The notes under the pieces are model-generated. The model did no database searches and had not been told where the DNA came from. It saw only the letters and a list, made by a program, of their open reading frames with translations. Position numbers and translations under genes: made by a program. From IMG/VR virus record IMGVR_UViG_3300042402_001868, positions 91,923 through 155,922 of that record: DNA of 64,000 nt; one strand, written 5' to 3'. The stretch comes from a virus. Below, piece after piece: positions 26,033 through 35,728 of this stretch (position 1 is the first letter of the stretch; every line of letters starts with the position of its first letter).

Positions 26033-26236
26033 TTAAAATGTGCCACCGGTGATTTCCACCTGAATTTTTTCATCAGTTTTACCATTTGGTTGTCGTAGTT
26101 GTTCTAGCACCAACAACAATTTGGTAATATCTGCGTGTAGATCTTTGGCATCTTTGAGCGGCATAGTAAAATCTTTTTGCCCCCTAGACTCATGTGCTTT
26201 GATACTGTCAACAAATCGATTAATGTGCAAGCTCAT
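26033..26236 (-). CDS. hypothetical protein
   Basis: Coupled ORF ending GGTF. Confidence 0.6.
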   Translation of the reverse strand: MSLHINRFVDSIKAHESRGQKDFTMPLKDAKDLHADITKLLLVLEQLRQPNGKTDEKIQVEITGGTF

Positions 26237-26703
26237 ATAGTTGCTTGGGTAGACATGTTGGTATGTTGAACACTTGCTTCATCTTTAGAGTGGAACGGAC
26301 CTTGATACTTATAGCGTTCAAGTACAATGAGTTTAGGGTTATGAATAGGTTTCCAGTTGCGATGTTGCTTGACCATGTACCATCCGGCTGCAAACCACGA
26401 TTTGCTTTTGTTATTTTTAGTAAACAAGGGTAGCTTGTGTTTCACATCCCAGATGGGGTTGTATGTTCTGCATCCAGTACTATAGCCATGTACTAGGTCT
26501 GCCGCAGGCTTGGTTACTTTTTCAGCTGGCTCAAATTCCACATTCTCACGTTTACGCAACATGGGAATGGTCTTGTATAATCCAACCTTGTTCTCAATTG
26601 TGATTTGATATCCATCGTTAACTGCCTGGATGTTACCAATCTTTTGGTCATCTTTTTTCAAGATCCAATATTCGTTATCAACTACTGGTTTGGCGTGTAT
26701 CAT
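26233..26703 (-). CDS. hypothetical phage protein
   Basis: LPLFTK..KSKSWFAAGWY; AAGGAG RBS. Confidence 0.7.
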   Translation of the reverse strand: MIHAKPVVDNEYWILKKDDQKIGNIQAVNDGYQITIENKVGLYKTIPMLRKRENVEFEPAEKVTKPAADLVHGYSTGCRTYNPIWDVKHKLPLFTKNNKSKSWFAAGWYMVKQHRNWKPIHNPKLIVLERYKYQGPFHSKDEASVQHTNMSTQATI

Positions 26704-27697
26704 TTAATACTCCTTTGTATGTTTCATTGAGCCAACGACTGATTGTATCAGCTTGGTCACTCAGCTTGGTCAGCTCGTACCTGCCACAAAACTTCATGAA
26801 GTGTGCGCCTACCATGCCCACATCTTTGTGACTAAGTTGTTCACGGATTGCGGCATCTACAGTTGCCTTGACCGCATCCGGTTGTGCGTTGAGATCGATC
26901 AATGTACAGTTACGTTCATAGTCGTCTAACACTCTGTGCTCTTCGCCGTTATGGTCGGTCCAGCGTTGAAGCATCATGTTGTTCCAAGAATATCCTCGCT
27001 TGTCTCTGTCGGCAAAGGCCTCACGGAGACCAACTTTATTCTTTGTCCCTTTTTCACGTACTCCCGGATAAGCAGAGAAGACATTGTCGGAGGTGTCGCC
27101 ACGCATGCACTTCTCAAATAGTAGCCAGGCCGGATCCGGGATGGTTTTTGGTTGTTTAGTTTTTTTATCTGTAACAGGCTTACCCTTGGCATCAAATATA
27201 CCCTCCAGTGTGATCAGTTCGTCTGTGATACCATTGTATTGTGTGACATTGGGAGCAACCAGTTGCACAAAGTCTGTGTCTGAACTAACTACCACATGAT
27301 CGTCTTGGGGGTGTAATGAAATCCAACGTGCAATAATGTCATCTGCTTCGGCTGTTGCGCAACGAATAACACTGCAATTGGTTCTGTCTGACAAGTATTT
27401 AGTCAGATTGTCATAAGTTTCCCAAAACAGCTTGTCTTCTTCTGCTTCGTCTTCGGTCATCTTACCACGTGCCACAGCACGGTTTTTCTTATAGGGCTCA
27501 TAGTAGTCCTTGCGCCAGCTACGACCTTCCAGTGCGAAGATAACGTGATCTGCTTGAAAACGCTTGGCTACCTTGTTGGCAGCCATCATTGTGACGTGTA
27601 ATGCAAACCCCAGTTTAGTCCAAGTATCACTGGCTCTGTGGGCACCGTGACGTGCTCGGAAAAACATGTTGGCTGTGTCAATAAGTAGGTATTTCAT
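26678..27697 (-). CDS. rnh: T4 RNase H-like 5'-3' exonuclease (flap nuclease family)
   Basis: LLIDTAN, YKKNR, EADDII, SSDTDFVQL, GDTSDN. Confidence 0.9.
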   Translation of the reverse strand: MKYLLIDTANMFFRARHGAHRASDTWTKLGFALHVTMMAANKVAKRFQADHVIFALEGRSWRKDYYEPYKKNRAVARGKMTEDEAEEDKLFWETYDNLTKYLSDRTNCSVIRCATAEADDIIARWISLHPQDDHVVVSSDTDFVQLVAPNVTQYNGITDELITLEGIFDAKGKPVTDKKTKQPKTIPDPAWLLFEKCMRGDTSDNVFSAYPGVREKGTKNKVGLREAFADRDKRGYSWNNMMLQRWTDHNGEEHRVLDDYERNCTLIDLNAQPDAVKATVDAAIREQLSHKDVGMVGAHFMKFCGRYELTKLSDQADTISRWLNETYKGVLNDTRQTSS

Positions 27698-28406
27698 TTG
27701 GACTCAATAGTTGGTTGCGTTTAATGTATTGTAACACATATTCCGCCCAATAGCAATGGGCATCTGGCCCAAAATGCCAACTATCCGGATTGACCGTTTT
27801 GAATCCGTTACTTCTCAAAACCGAATTGTAGGTCATTTCGGCGGCATACGGGTGCATGTAGCTAGAGCCCCAGGGCTTTTGGTCTGCAATTCCATCAAAA
27901 TGGTTGTTGCCGTTAAACATCACGTGCCGTATTTCCTGTGCCTCTAGCTCTCGGTGAAATTCCCAAATTTCATTGTGGGCACGTTGTCTACATTTTTTCC
28001 AATCAACATCAACAACAAATTGTTTGTAGCGTTGTTGTAAAGCTTCTGGAATATCATCAATTCCCGATGCATTAACTTGAAAGTCGTGACCTTTATACCA
28101 CCACTCTTCTCGTTCCCAGGTAGTCCATTGGATGACCATAAAACAATCTTTTACTGCATCAGGGTTAGATTTGATCCACTCACGTGTGGTACGTATGATG
28201 CGTGTGTTTGAACACCCTGCTTGGGCATCCAAGTACAGCACAGCATTTAACCAGTTGGCTAATTCACATCCAAAACTTGCACGTTCGTTGTCAGGATGCG
28301 GTTGTCGTCCTAGACCATAAAACAATCCGTCATCCTGTGCCCAGGCGTGTGGATTTACTGCTTCGGCCGCAGCAGCGTGACTATCGCCGTTGACATACAA
28401 AATCAT
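27678..28406 (-). CDS. SGNH/GDSL-like protein
   Basis: NGDSHAAA, AQAGCSN, IQWT, WHFGPDAH. Confidence 0.6.
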   Translation of the reverse strand: MILYVNGDSHAAAAEAVNPHAWAQDDGLFYGLGRQPHPDNERASFGCELANWLNAVLYLDAQAGCSNTRIIRTTREWIKSNPDAVKDCFMVIQWTTWEREEWWYKGHDFQVNASGIDDIPEALQQRYKQFVVDVDWKKCRQRAHNEIWEFHRELEAQEIRHVMFNGNNHFDGIADQKPWGSSYMHPYAAEMTYNSVLRSNGFKTVNPDSWHFGPDAHCYWAEYVLQYIKRNQLLSPNEIPTY

Positions 28407-28879
28407 TCTTGTTTGAGTGCTTTGATTTTTTCTGCTTCTGCAACTCGCTTGCGCAAACTGCTAGAACTAAACGAATGATCACGTCTATTAAATATCACCT
28501 GTATACCGCGACCAGCACCCTCATTACGTCCGGTAAAGTTCTTGTCCTCATACTCTGTGCCTAAAATGCGCACATCCAATGGAAGTATTAACAACAGGTC
28601 AATCAAGTCTTGTTCAGTTTGATAAACTACAACTTCATCAACATAACGACAAGCCGCAAGTTGAATTTGTCGTTCTACTATGCTTTGAATAGGATGATTT
28701 TTAGTATCAGGCCTATCAATAGTTGGATCAGTTTGTAATCCGCATATTAGATAATCACAATGATTCCTTGCTTCACTTAACATAGCCACATGACCTGCGT
28801 GTAGCATATCAAATGTGCTGAAGGTAATGCCAATCTTTTTACCTTGTAGTTTTAATTCTTTAATGTGATTGAAAATCAT
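28403..28879 (-). CDS. cytidylyltransferase (TagD-like)
   Basis: STFDMLHAGH, RYVDEV, FSSSSLR. Confidence 0.85.
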   Translation of the reverse strand: MIFNHIKELKLQGKKIGITFSTFDMLHAGHVAMLSEARNHCDYLICGLQTDPTIDRPDTKNHPIQSIVERQIQLAACRYVDEVVVYQTEQDLIDLLLILPLDVRILGTEYEDKNFTGRNEGAGRGIQVIFNRRDHSFSSSSLRKRVAEAEKIKALKQE

Positions 28880-29298
28880 GATACTTCACTCCTGCCATTG
28901 CCAATATCTTTACTCTGTACCCAGATACCCGAGTTCTTGATTGCTTGTTCTTGTTCCCATGTTTCCATCACAACATGTCTGCATACATTCTGGAACCATT
29001 GATCCACAATGTCAGCATCAACCTTGCCTTGATAGCCTGCCTTGATTAGTCTAGCAACAAAGATTTCGTTCCAGTCAAGTTCGAATGCACCTTGATGCAA
29101 ATTGTCAAGATCTACGTCCATTCCTAACACAGCCACATAAGGCTCACCTGCTTCGGTAGCAATTTGCTTGGCAGTTTTTTCAGGAACCTTGGCCTTGGGC
29201 ACAGACACCTTGGGTGCTACCTCTATAGGCTTCTCTACCTTCTTGGGTTTTAAAAATCTATCAAATATTCCCATCATTTGCCCCAGCCATTGCCCCAA
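28876..29298 (-). CDS. hypothetical phage protein
   Basis: GAFELDWNEIF, IVDQWF. Confidence 0.65.
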   Translation of the reverse strand: MGQWLGQMMGIFDRFLKPKKVEKPIEVAPKVSVPKAKVPEKTAKQIATEAGEPYVAVLGMDVDLDNLHQGAFELDWNEIFVARLIKAGYQGKVDADIVDQWFQNVCRHVVMETWEQEQAIKNSGIWVQSKDIGNGRSEVS

Positions 29299-30128
29299 AG
29301 ATCAACGTGCAACCTTGGAGTATAATAATAACCACGTGCTAATGCCCAGTCTGCAACGTTCACACGATTCTCTGCGTATGGTGCAACAACACCACCTTGT
29401 GGCATCACATACACCACGCCTGTAAATCCTGCCGCACGATACGCAGTCACAGCACGATCCACTTCTTCAAAGTGTACTTCACTGTCAATCACAAACTTAA
29501 GATACACTGTGCCTACCTCTTGATATTCTGCCACAACCTCAGGCTTGATGGCCTCGTCCCATACTTCACCGCTGGCACTCAGTTTAGGGCTCACGCTAAA
29601 TGTAAGTTCATTGTGTCCAGCCAGCCACTCGTTGAGATATGTTTTAAATTTAGACTGTAGTTTTTGAGTGCCATTGGTTTCAAAGGTGACATTCTTGATA
29701 CCACGCATGTGATCATGATCAAACAAGTCTTGATATGTGCGTTGCCAACCCAACAACGGCTCGCCACCTGTGATCACAAGATGTGTGTCATTGCCTGTGC
29801 GATTGGTCCACTTGCGATCCGGGATCAAGTCTAGCATCTTGTCTACCAATGCATCAATCTCGTATGTGGGACTGAGTTCTTTAAAGTCTGGGTGCCAACT
29901 GGCATAGCTGTCACACCCAGTGTTCACTAGTGGTAGTTCCTCAAATGTTTTGTACAAGTGTACAGACTTAGCAACTTCGTCTGCTTCGGTTGACTTCTCT
30001 CCAGGCTTGCAACCAAATCCAGCACAAGTAAAGTTGCAACCAAATGTTCTTAAGAACACTGACGGAACGCCAATAAATCGTCCTTCGCCTTGTGCGGAAT
30101 AAAATAGTTCTGATACTTTGAGTTTCAT
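29274..30128 (-). CDS. queE: 7-carboxy-7-deazaguanine synthase (radical SAM)
   Basis: ELFYSAQGEG, FLRTFGCNFTC, CDS, TGGEP, ETNG, SVSPK, RLH. Confidence 0.9.
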   Translation of the reverse strand: MKLKVSELFYSAQGEGRFIGVPSVFLRTFGCNFTCAGFGCKPGEKSTEADEVAKSVHLYKTFEELPLVNTGCDSYASWHPDFKELSPTYEIDALVDKMLDLIPDRKWTNRTGNDTHLVITGGEPLLGWQRTYQDLFDHDHMRGIKNVTFETNGTQKLQSKFKTYLNEWLAGHNELTFSVSPKLSASGEVWDEAIKPEVVAEYQEVGTVYLKFVIDSEVHFEEVDRAVTAYRAAGFTGVVYVMPQGGVVAPYAENRVNVADWALARGYYYTPRLHVDLWGNGWGK

Positions 30129-30129
30129 A

Positions 30130-30861
30130 TTATAATCTCGTAATCTCTGGTCGTTTTAAAAATTTGTGTATGATGTTGGGATCTTCTGTCTCTTCTACTA
30201 CTTTAACACGAATATCTGTGTTTGTCACCCAACCTGGCAAAACCCAATCCAGATAGGCCAAGTGCTCCACTGGTGTAGGGTGCGGATCTTTTAATCCGGT
30301 GCCCCAGTTGTGCAACTTCCAACCATTGTTTCTATCTTCGGCAAGTACAGTTTCATAGTAACTGGGTTTGATAGTATTTAGAACAGAGCTATATAACTCT
30401 TGAATATCGGGCTCACTCATAGAATGATTAGGATCGTATTGATCAGGGTACACCAATGGGCACATGCTTAAGAATTCAAATTTTACTCCGGGGATGTTTT
30501 GCAAAAAAGACTGGGTAGATTTAATACATGCCAAGTCTCGAATCAAACTACCACGCTCAGTTACATATTTTCGAACATAAGCATCGTCATAGAATTTACA
30601 AGTGGTAATGTTTCCATGAGTTTGCCATCCTGTGGTATAACGATCTTCTCGCATGATGTTGGTCCAACACACTATGACTGTGTCACCTGGACCAAACTTA
30701 TGACGTTGATCTGCTTCCATGACGGAATTGAAGATAAACTGATTGCCCCCGCCACTTTGTCCCCAATTTTGATATTCGTCGTAGTGTACTGCCAAGATGT
30801 CAGCCCAGGTGCTCCATCTATAGTGGGTGAAACTACAACCAAATGCAAATAGTCTACTCAA
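30130..30861 (-). CDS. SGNH-like protein
   Basis: FGCSFT, NWGQSGGGN, DPHPT. Confidence 0.6.
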   Translation of the reverse strand: MSRLFAFGCSFTHYRWSTWADILAVHYDEYQNWGQSGGGNQFIFNSVMEADQRHKFGPGDTVIVCWTNIMREDRYTTGWQTHGNITTCKFYDDAYVRKYVTERGSLIRDLACIKSTQSFLQNIPGVKFEFLSMCPLVYPDQYDPNHSMSEPDIQELYSSVLNTIKPSYYETVLAEDRNNGWKLHNWGTGLKDPHPTPVEHLAYLDWVLPGWVTNTDIRVKVVEETEDPNIIHKFLKRPEITRL

Positions 30862-31643
30862 ACTTTGCGAGCCTTAACTAACAAATGCCAACCTAGATAT
30901 TCACGTACTGCCTGGCGATGTGAATCTGTCATGGCTTCAAACCAAGGTTCTAGTTCGTAACGTCCTGCTTTGTATGCATCTACGTTGTACATGAAACAAT
31001 GATCTTGACGCAGACGTTCAACATACCAACCATTGTCACTGTTCATCATCTGATGAATTTCATCCTTGGAGAATGCTTGTGCATATGGACAACCTGCTTG
31101 TGCTTCAAATTGATCAAGACCTTTCTGGATCATGGCATACTTCCAGGAGTTCTTGGCATATACCATGTAGCGGAATTCACCACCATGCTTGACTACCTCA
31201 TGTACATTGTCAATAATTTTGTTAATGCCCGGAAAGTGATGTATCACACCATAACTGTACACAAGATCAAACTCACCTAACGTAGCCAATGCGTAAGCAT
31301 CAGTTGCATCTACATTGTAAAACTCACCTTCGAGGCCTAGTGTTTCAAAACGTTGTTTGCTCAATGCGATACTTTGATCGCTTAGGTCAATGCCCACATA
31401 CTCTGCACCGTGCTTGGCAAACTCCTCGGCATCAGATCCAATACCGCAACCAATTTCCAACACACGTTTACCAGCCCACAGGTGGAATCCTGCAAACTCA
31501 GCAATGTGTGGCTCCACACGATAGCGTCGCTCGCTTACTTCTCGGAAGAAAGCAGGCGTGCCAACATCGCTGGTACCGTGTTTGATATTACACGGTTGTG
31601 TGTTCCAATAACGTTTGATACGTTCTTCAAGGCTTTGCGACAT
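30858..31643 (-). CDS. class I SAM-dependent methyltransferase
   Basis: VLEIGCGIG, GIDLS, FDLVYSYGVIHH. Confidence 0.9.
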   Translation of the reverse strand: MSQSLEERIKRYWNTQPCNIKHGTSDVGTPAFFREVSERRYRVEPHIAEFAGFHLWAGKRVLEIGCGIGSDAEEFAKHGAEYVGIDLSDQSIALSKQRFETLGLEGEFYNVDATDAYALATLGEFDLVYSYGVIHHFPGINKIIDNVHEVVKHGGEFRYMVYAKNSWKYAMIQKGLDQFEAQAGCPYAQAFSKDEIHQMMNSDNGWYVERLRQDHCFMYNVDAYKAGRYELEPWFEAMTDSHRQAVREYLGWHLLVKARKV

Positions 31644-32487
31644 CTTTTGTTTCCTGAAAGTGTGTGTGCGGATTCTTAAACTGCACCATTTGTTTGTTTA
31701 CATCGTTCTTGGCCAGTTTCTCCCACGGGTCTTGAGTGCCGTTGAATATGTTGGCAAAGAAGCTCATGTCATGCCCACGTTCGTTTTGCAAGTAGGTGGC
31801 AATCTTGGCACAGTCATTATGGCGTAATGCCATTTGTTGTACACTATGAAAGTCTCTTGAATCTTTGGGATTGCCTTCTAACATGGGACGATTCTGGAAT
31901 GTTTCATCGTTGTTGTTGCCGGTAAGATCATGACGATCGTGCAACACATCTACTTCGATACGTTCCCAAATATCCAACATGTATGCCTGTTGGCTTAGCC
32001 ATGCATCACTAATTTGATGCGGGCTCAGATAGCCCAACAAGTCTAACCACTTGCGAGGAACAATGGGAAAGATACTGTATGGATGATCATGATGCGTGTG
32101 GAATGCAAGTAGTTTAAACTCACCCTCGTGCTTCATGATTTCTTTGTCCCAATCTTGGGTTTCCATCACAGCATCATCATTCCAAAATACCAACCAACGT
32201 GCGTCGCTATTACGTGCAAGCTCATTAACATATTCATTGAGTCGAATGTATCCCAACGGAGCAAAACTCATAGCAGTATAGTTAATCTCTTGTGCATCTA
32301 GCCAAGGTTGCAACTCTTCTTCAAAGTGCTTGGTGCCAATCTCATCGTCATTGTCAAATCCAAACATAAGTTGAACTCGACTGGCATCCGATGCCAGTTC
32401 AATCACGCTTTTTACACTGCGTTCTAGCGAGTCGGATCGCCCACGAGTGGGCAACAAGATTGCAATATCAAATTCTGGTGTGCTCAT
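31627..32487 (-). CDS. GT-A (family 2-like) glycosyltransferase
   Basis: ILLPTRGR, FDNDD, WNDD. Confidence 0.7.
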   Translation of the reverse strand: MSTPEFDIAILLPTRGRSDSLERSVKSVIELASDASRVQLMFGFDNDDEIGTKHFEEELQPWLDAQEINYTAMSFAPLGYIRLNEYVNELARNSDARWLVFWNDDAVMETQDWDKEIMKHEGEFKLLAFHTHHDHPYSIFPIVPRKWLDLLGYLSPHQISDAWLSQQAYMLDIWERIEVDVLHDRHDLTGNNNDETFQNRPMLEGNPKDSRDFHSVQQMALRHNDCAKIATYLQNERGHDMSFFANIFNGTQDPWEKLAKNDVNKQMVQFKNPHTHFQETKDVAKP

Positions 32488-33038
32488 GCAAATAAGTCCT
32501 CATTCCATTCTCTATGGCCTTCTCTAAAAGCCATGTTTGCTTGTGTTTCACGTACTTCCACTCGGTAGCACCACAGGCGTTGTGCTTCACCCTCGCCCCA
32601 AAAGTCTGGAATGTAAACACCGTTCACATACTTGTACAGCATGTCAGCAAGTGATTCACATCCTACTCTGGGCAAGATTGTGAGTTTGGCCAGTTTGCGA
32701 CGTTCCATCTCTTTATAGAACTCGAGTTCTGGATCGTCGGCACTGACCAAGGTTGTGTGATCAAACTGATCTTCTAAAATCTTTTTAAGTTCTTTAAGAC
32801 CGCCATAGTCAGCGGCCCAGTTGCGAACATCAAGGTCGTTGGTACCAAAGTAAAACTTCATACTAAACGAGTAACCATGATTCAAGTTACAATGACTATC
32901 GGCTCTCCACTGTCGGTAGGCACACGGAAATGCGTCAATGTACTCTTTGGTACTGGTAAATTTGTATTGTACAGGCCCGCGATACGGAAGATTTTGCTCC
33001 ATGTGATTAATTAGATCCTGAGTTGATGATATTGCCAT
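32484..33038 (-). CDS. queD: 6-carboxytetrahydropterin synthase
   Basis: CNLNHGY, DYGGLK, FDHT, GCESLA, VRET. Confidence 0.85.
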   Translation of the reverse strand: MAISSTQDLINHMEQNLPYRGPVQYKFTSTKEYIDAFPCAYRQWRADSHCNLNHGYSFSMKFYFGTNDLDVRNWAADYGGLKELKKILEDQFDHTTLVSADDPELEFYKEMERRKLAKLTILPRVGCESLADMLYKYVNGVYIPDFWGEGEAQRLWCYRVEVRETQANMAFREGHREWNEDLFA

Positions 33039-33045
33039 TATTATT

Positions 33046-33113
33046 CTCCTATGTTAAATTTTAGCATAGGCTTGCAGAATTTATATAGCGGGATGAATGC
33101 TCTAAAGGCCGCT
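33046..33113 (-). promoter_or_regulatory. preQ1-I-like riboswitch candidate with RBS-sequestering hairpin
   Basis: AGCGG-loop ending CATC-CCGCT, A-rich tail, then CCTATG/CATAGG stem over AGGAG, directly 5' of queD. Confidence 0.5.
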
Positions 33114-33124
33114 GAGATCATTAC

Positions 33125-33526
33125 TTATGCTGGTTTGGTGTAACCACTGGCTTTATAATTAGCTTGTCCGTGTATAACGCCTCGAACACCGCCAATGGGA
33201 TTGGAGCAGTCACCTACCTTGCGTGGAATCAAATGCACATGCGGATACATCACAGTCTGGCCTGCGGCCTCGCCGCAGTTGACGCCTACATTGTAGGCTT
33301 CCCATTCGCCAGTTACTACTTTTTCATATCCAAAACGGAAAGCATATTTCATTGCTTCTTCAATGATCACATTCTTGTTCCAACGTGGCACAAATAGCAA
33401 GTGTCCTATTGTAACTGGGTAAGCATCACGGAATACTGCCACATGATAGTCTGAGTGTTCTGTGGCCTCATCTGACCATGGTGCGGCACCTGCGGCCGCT
33501 GCCTCTTCTAATGTTTCGTATCTCAT
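33125..33526 (-). CDS. HIT family nucleotide hydrolase
   Basis: DAYPVTIGHLL, AGQTVMYPHVHLIPR. Confidence 0.9.
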   Translation of the reverse strand: MRYETLEEAAAAGAAPWSDEATEHSDYHVAVFRDAYPVTIGHLLFVPRWNKNVIIEEAMKYAFRFGYEKVVTGEWEAYNVGVNCGEAAGQTVMYPHVHLIPRKVGDCSNPIGGVRGVIHGQANYKASGYTKPA

Positions 33527-33572
33527 AGTTTAATTAATTAAGTAATGTTGTGAATAGGAATAGAAGCAACTC

Positions 33573-34241
33573 TTAAAGATTGCTAACAAACGATTGTATG
33601 TTATTTGCTATTTCTTTTGCAAATAATTGATTGCCTTTTTTGTTAGGATGCACTCCTCGCCAGACACCTAACAGTTCCAATTGTGTCCACACTCTAAGAG
33701 TATCAGCGGTTTTATTGATCATATCTTTGTTGGGACGAGAATTTTTAAATTCGTACATGGCATACCGATGCGCAACCTCAGCTCCCCATCCGTGCTCAAG
33801 ATCAATACCAACCTGACTGGTTAAAAATTTCTGCCAACTTGGATGGATCACAGTAATATTGTTATAGTGGTCACAATCAACTATATCACTATGGCCGCCA
33901 ATAAGTCCAACCGGACAATTTAGCCGATTAATCATGTCAAGCGTATCAGAATTGATGTTATTTCTTAGATCCCAAAAATTAGGAGATTCTATCAACTCCT
34001 TTTTGTTTTCGTGCAGTACATCTAGAATAGGTTCGCAGTAGACCCACAGTATGGCATCAAACGAAGATTTATAACTGTTTATGCAATCTAGACACTGCAT
34101 GTTGCTCCAGCCACGTTGTGATAAATTTACTGCATCAAGATTAAGTTCCTGCAACAAGTTAGTGTAGTTAGATTCGGACCCCTCAACCGTGTCATAACTT
34201 CTAAACGCCCAGCTCGGGCCAATGTACAAAATATTCTTCAT
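33573..34241 (-). CDS. SGNH-like protein
   Basis: IGPSWA, NLSQRGWSN, GVHPN. Confidence 0.5.
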   Translation of the reverse strand: MKNILYIGPSWAFRSYDTVEGSESNYTNLLQELNLDAVNLSQRGWSNMQCLDCINSYKSSFDAILWVYCEPILDVLHENKKELIESPNFWDLRNNINSDTLDMINRLNCPVGLIGGHSDIVDCDHYNNITVIHPSWQKFLTSQVGIDLEHGWGAEVAHRYAMYEFKNSRPNKDMINKTADTLRVWTQLELLGVWRGVHPNKKGNQLFAKEIANNIQSFVSNL

Positions 34242-34251
34242 TTAAATTAGA

Positions 34252-35067
34252 TTACCTTGGGGCAAACTCCTGTTGTAATTTAATGTTGTCAAAGAACTCT
34301 TTCTTCACTGACGGATCAGTCTTAAATGCACCTTTTAACACAGTAGTCTGTGTCAACGAACTATGTGCCATAATACCTCGATTCTCACAGCAACCGTGAG
34401 TGGCCTGAATGTACACTGCTACGTTTTCGGAGTCAGTAGCCTTACTAATCTCACGGGCAATGTCGTTACAAAGTTCCTCCTGGAGAGTTCCTCGACGGGC
34501 ACACCATTGAGCGATTCGAGTATACTTACTAAGACCAATAAGAGTATTAGCGGCAATAATGCCAATATAAGCAACGCCAGCCACAGGTTGGTGATGATGA
34601 CTACACATAGACCGCAACTCACTACGTACAACAAGCATACCCTCATAGCGATCCGCCGAATCATTTGGGAACGCTGTGGCGTCAGGTCCTGGTTCATATC
34701 TGCCTTCCATAATTTCGTTAAAGTACATCTTGGCCAGTCGCCGTGCTGTGCCATGCGAGTTTGGATCGTTCTCACGATCAATTAACAATCGATCAAGCAC
34801 TAGTTCAAATGCTTCTGTGGCTTCGTCGATCAGTTGCTCTTTGTTATGGTCGTTAACATATTCACTAATGTTATCGCCTGCCCAGAATCTTTTGCCGTCA
34901 CGTTGCATTTTTGCGCGAAGATAGTTTCCAAGATACTTTTCTTCTTCATAGCCCTTGTCGCTCATGTTCTCGCTGGCTTTTTCAATTGCGCTTTGATGAG
35001 CGTGGGGGATAAATTTGTTTTTTGAGTCCGAATGGATAATTGTGTCAGGTATAAAGTTTTTTGTCAA
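34252..35067 (-). CDS. folE: GTP cyclohydrolase I
   Basis: SMCSHH, IGLSKYTR, LQE, HGCCENRG. Confidence 0.93.
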   Translation of the reverse strand: MTKNFIPDTIIHSDSKNKFIPHAHQSAIEKASENMSDKGYEEEKYLGNYLRAKMQRDGKRFWAGDNISEYVNDHNKEQLIDEATEAFELVLDRLLIDRENDPNSHGTARRLAKMYFNEIMEGRYEPGPDATAFPNDSADRYEGMLVVRSELRSMCSHHHQPVAGVAYIGIIAANTLIGLSKYTRIAQWCARRGTLQEELCNDIAREISKATDSENVAVYIQATHGCCENRGIMAHSSLTQTTVLKGAFKTDPSVKKEFFDNIKLQQEFAPR

Positions 35068-35131
35068 TTTGTTTCTCCGAGTTAATGACGTGGATGTCTT
35101 TGTGCTATTGTAATGTATTTAGATCGAGATG

Positions 35132-35728
35132 TCAAGGTATAATTTTAATTTTACGTAGATCTGGATAATCTACTGGGATTGGCTTTGGCCGATTTGTCTT
35201 GACGCCTTCTAGTAATGCAAGTCCTTGTTGAGCTTCTTCTATAGTGGGTTTATAGTGATACCCAACTCGGAATACTTGTTGTGATTCCCAGGGCTCGATG
35301 GTTAAATCTCTGCCGTCGTAACGCTGAGCCAACATGGTATCGTATGCTTCAACATCGTCTAACAAGATAGCACCACCACGACCAATGTGTAAGGGCTTGC
35401 CATGTCCAAAACTCAAGCAGGTCAGTGTGTCTGGACGATACATATCTTGTTCGAGTCTGCGAGCACTGTCCCAAATACGTGTTTCGAGTATGGGATATTC
35501 TCCGACCCAACGTTGCCAGGCATGATCAAGATATTCATATTCAATGCCCAACTTGTGCATAGTCATTGGTATGCTCAAGTATGTGTAAGGTTGCATCTTA
35601 CAATGTTTAACTTGCTCGTATCGCAAACACATCTCAATGGCATGCGTACAACAATCGGTCATGATTGCATATGGCGCACCGGTAAACTCTGCTAGAGCTT
35701 GTTCAAACTGCAGGATCTTGTCAAACAT
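35132..35728 (-). CDS. short DegT/DnrJ-like PLP aminotransferase
   Basis: FEQALAEFTGAPYA, DSA, LSFGHGKPL..GRGGAIL. Confidence 0.7.
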   Translation of the reverse strand: MFDKILQFEQALAEFTGAPYAIMTDCCTHAIEMCLRYEQVKHCKMQPYTYLSIPMTMHKLGIEYEYLDHAWQRWVGEYPILETRIWDSARRLEQDMYRPDTLTCLSFGHGKPLHIGRGGAILLDDVEAYDTMLAQRYDGRDLTIEPWESQQVFRVGYHYKPTIEEAQQGLALLEGVKTNRPKPIPVDYPDLRKIKIIP

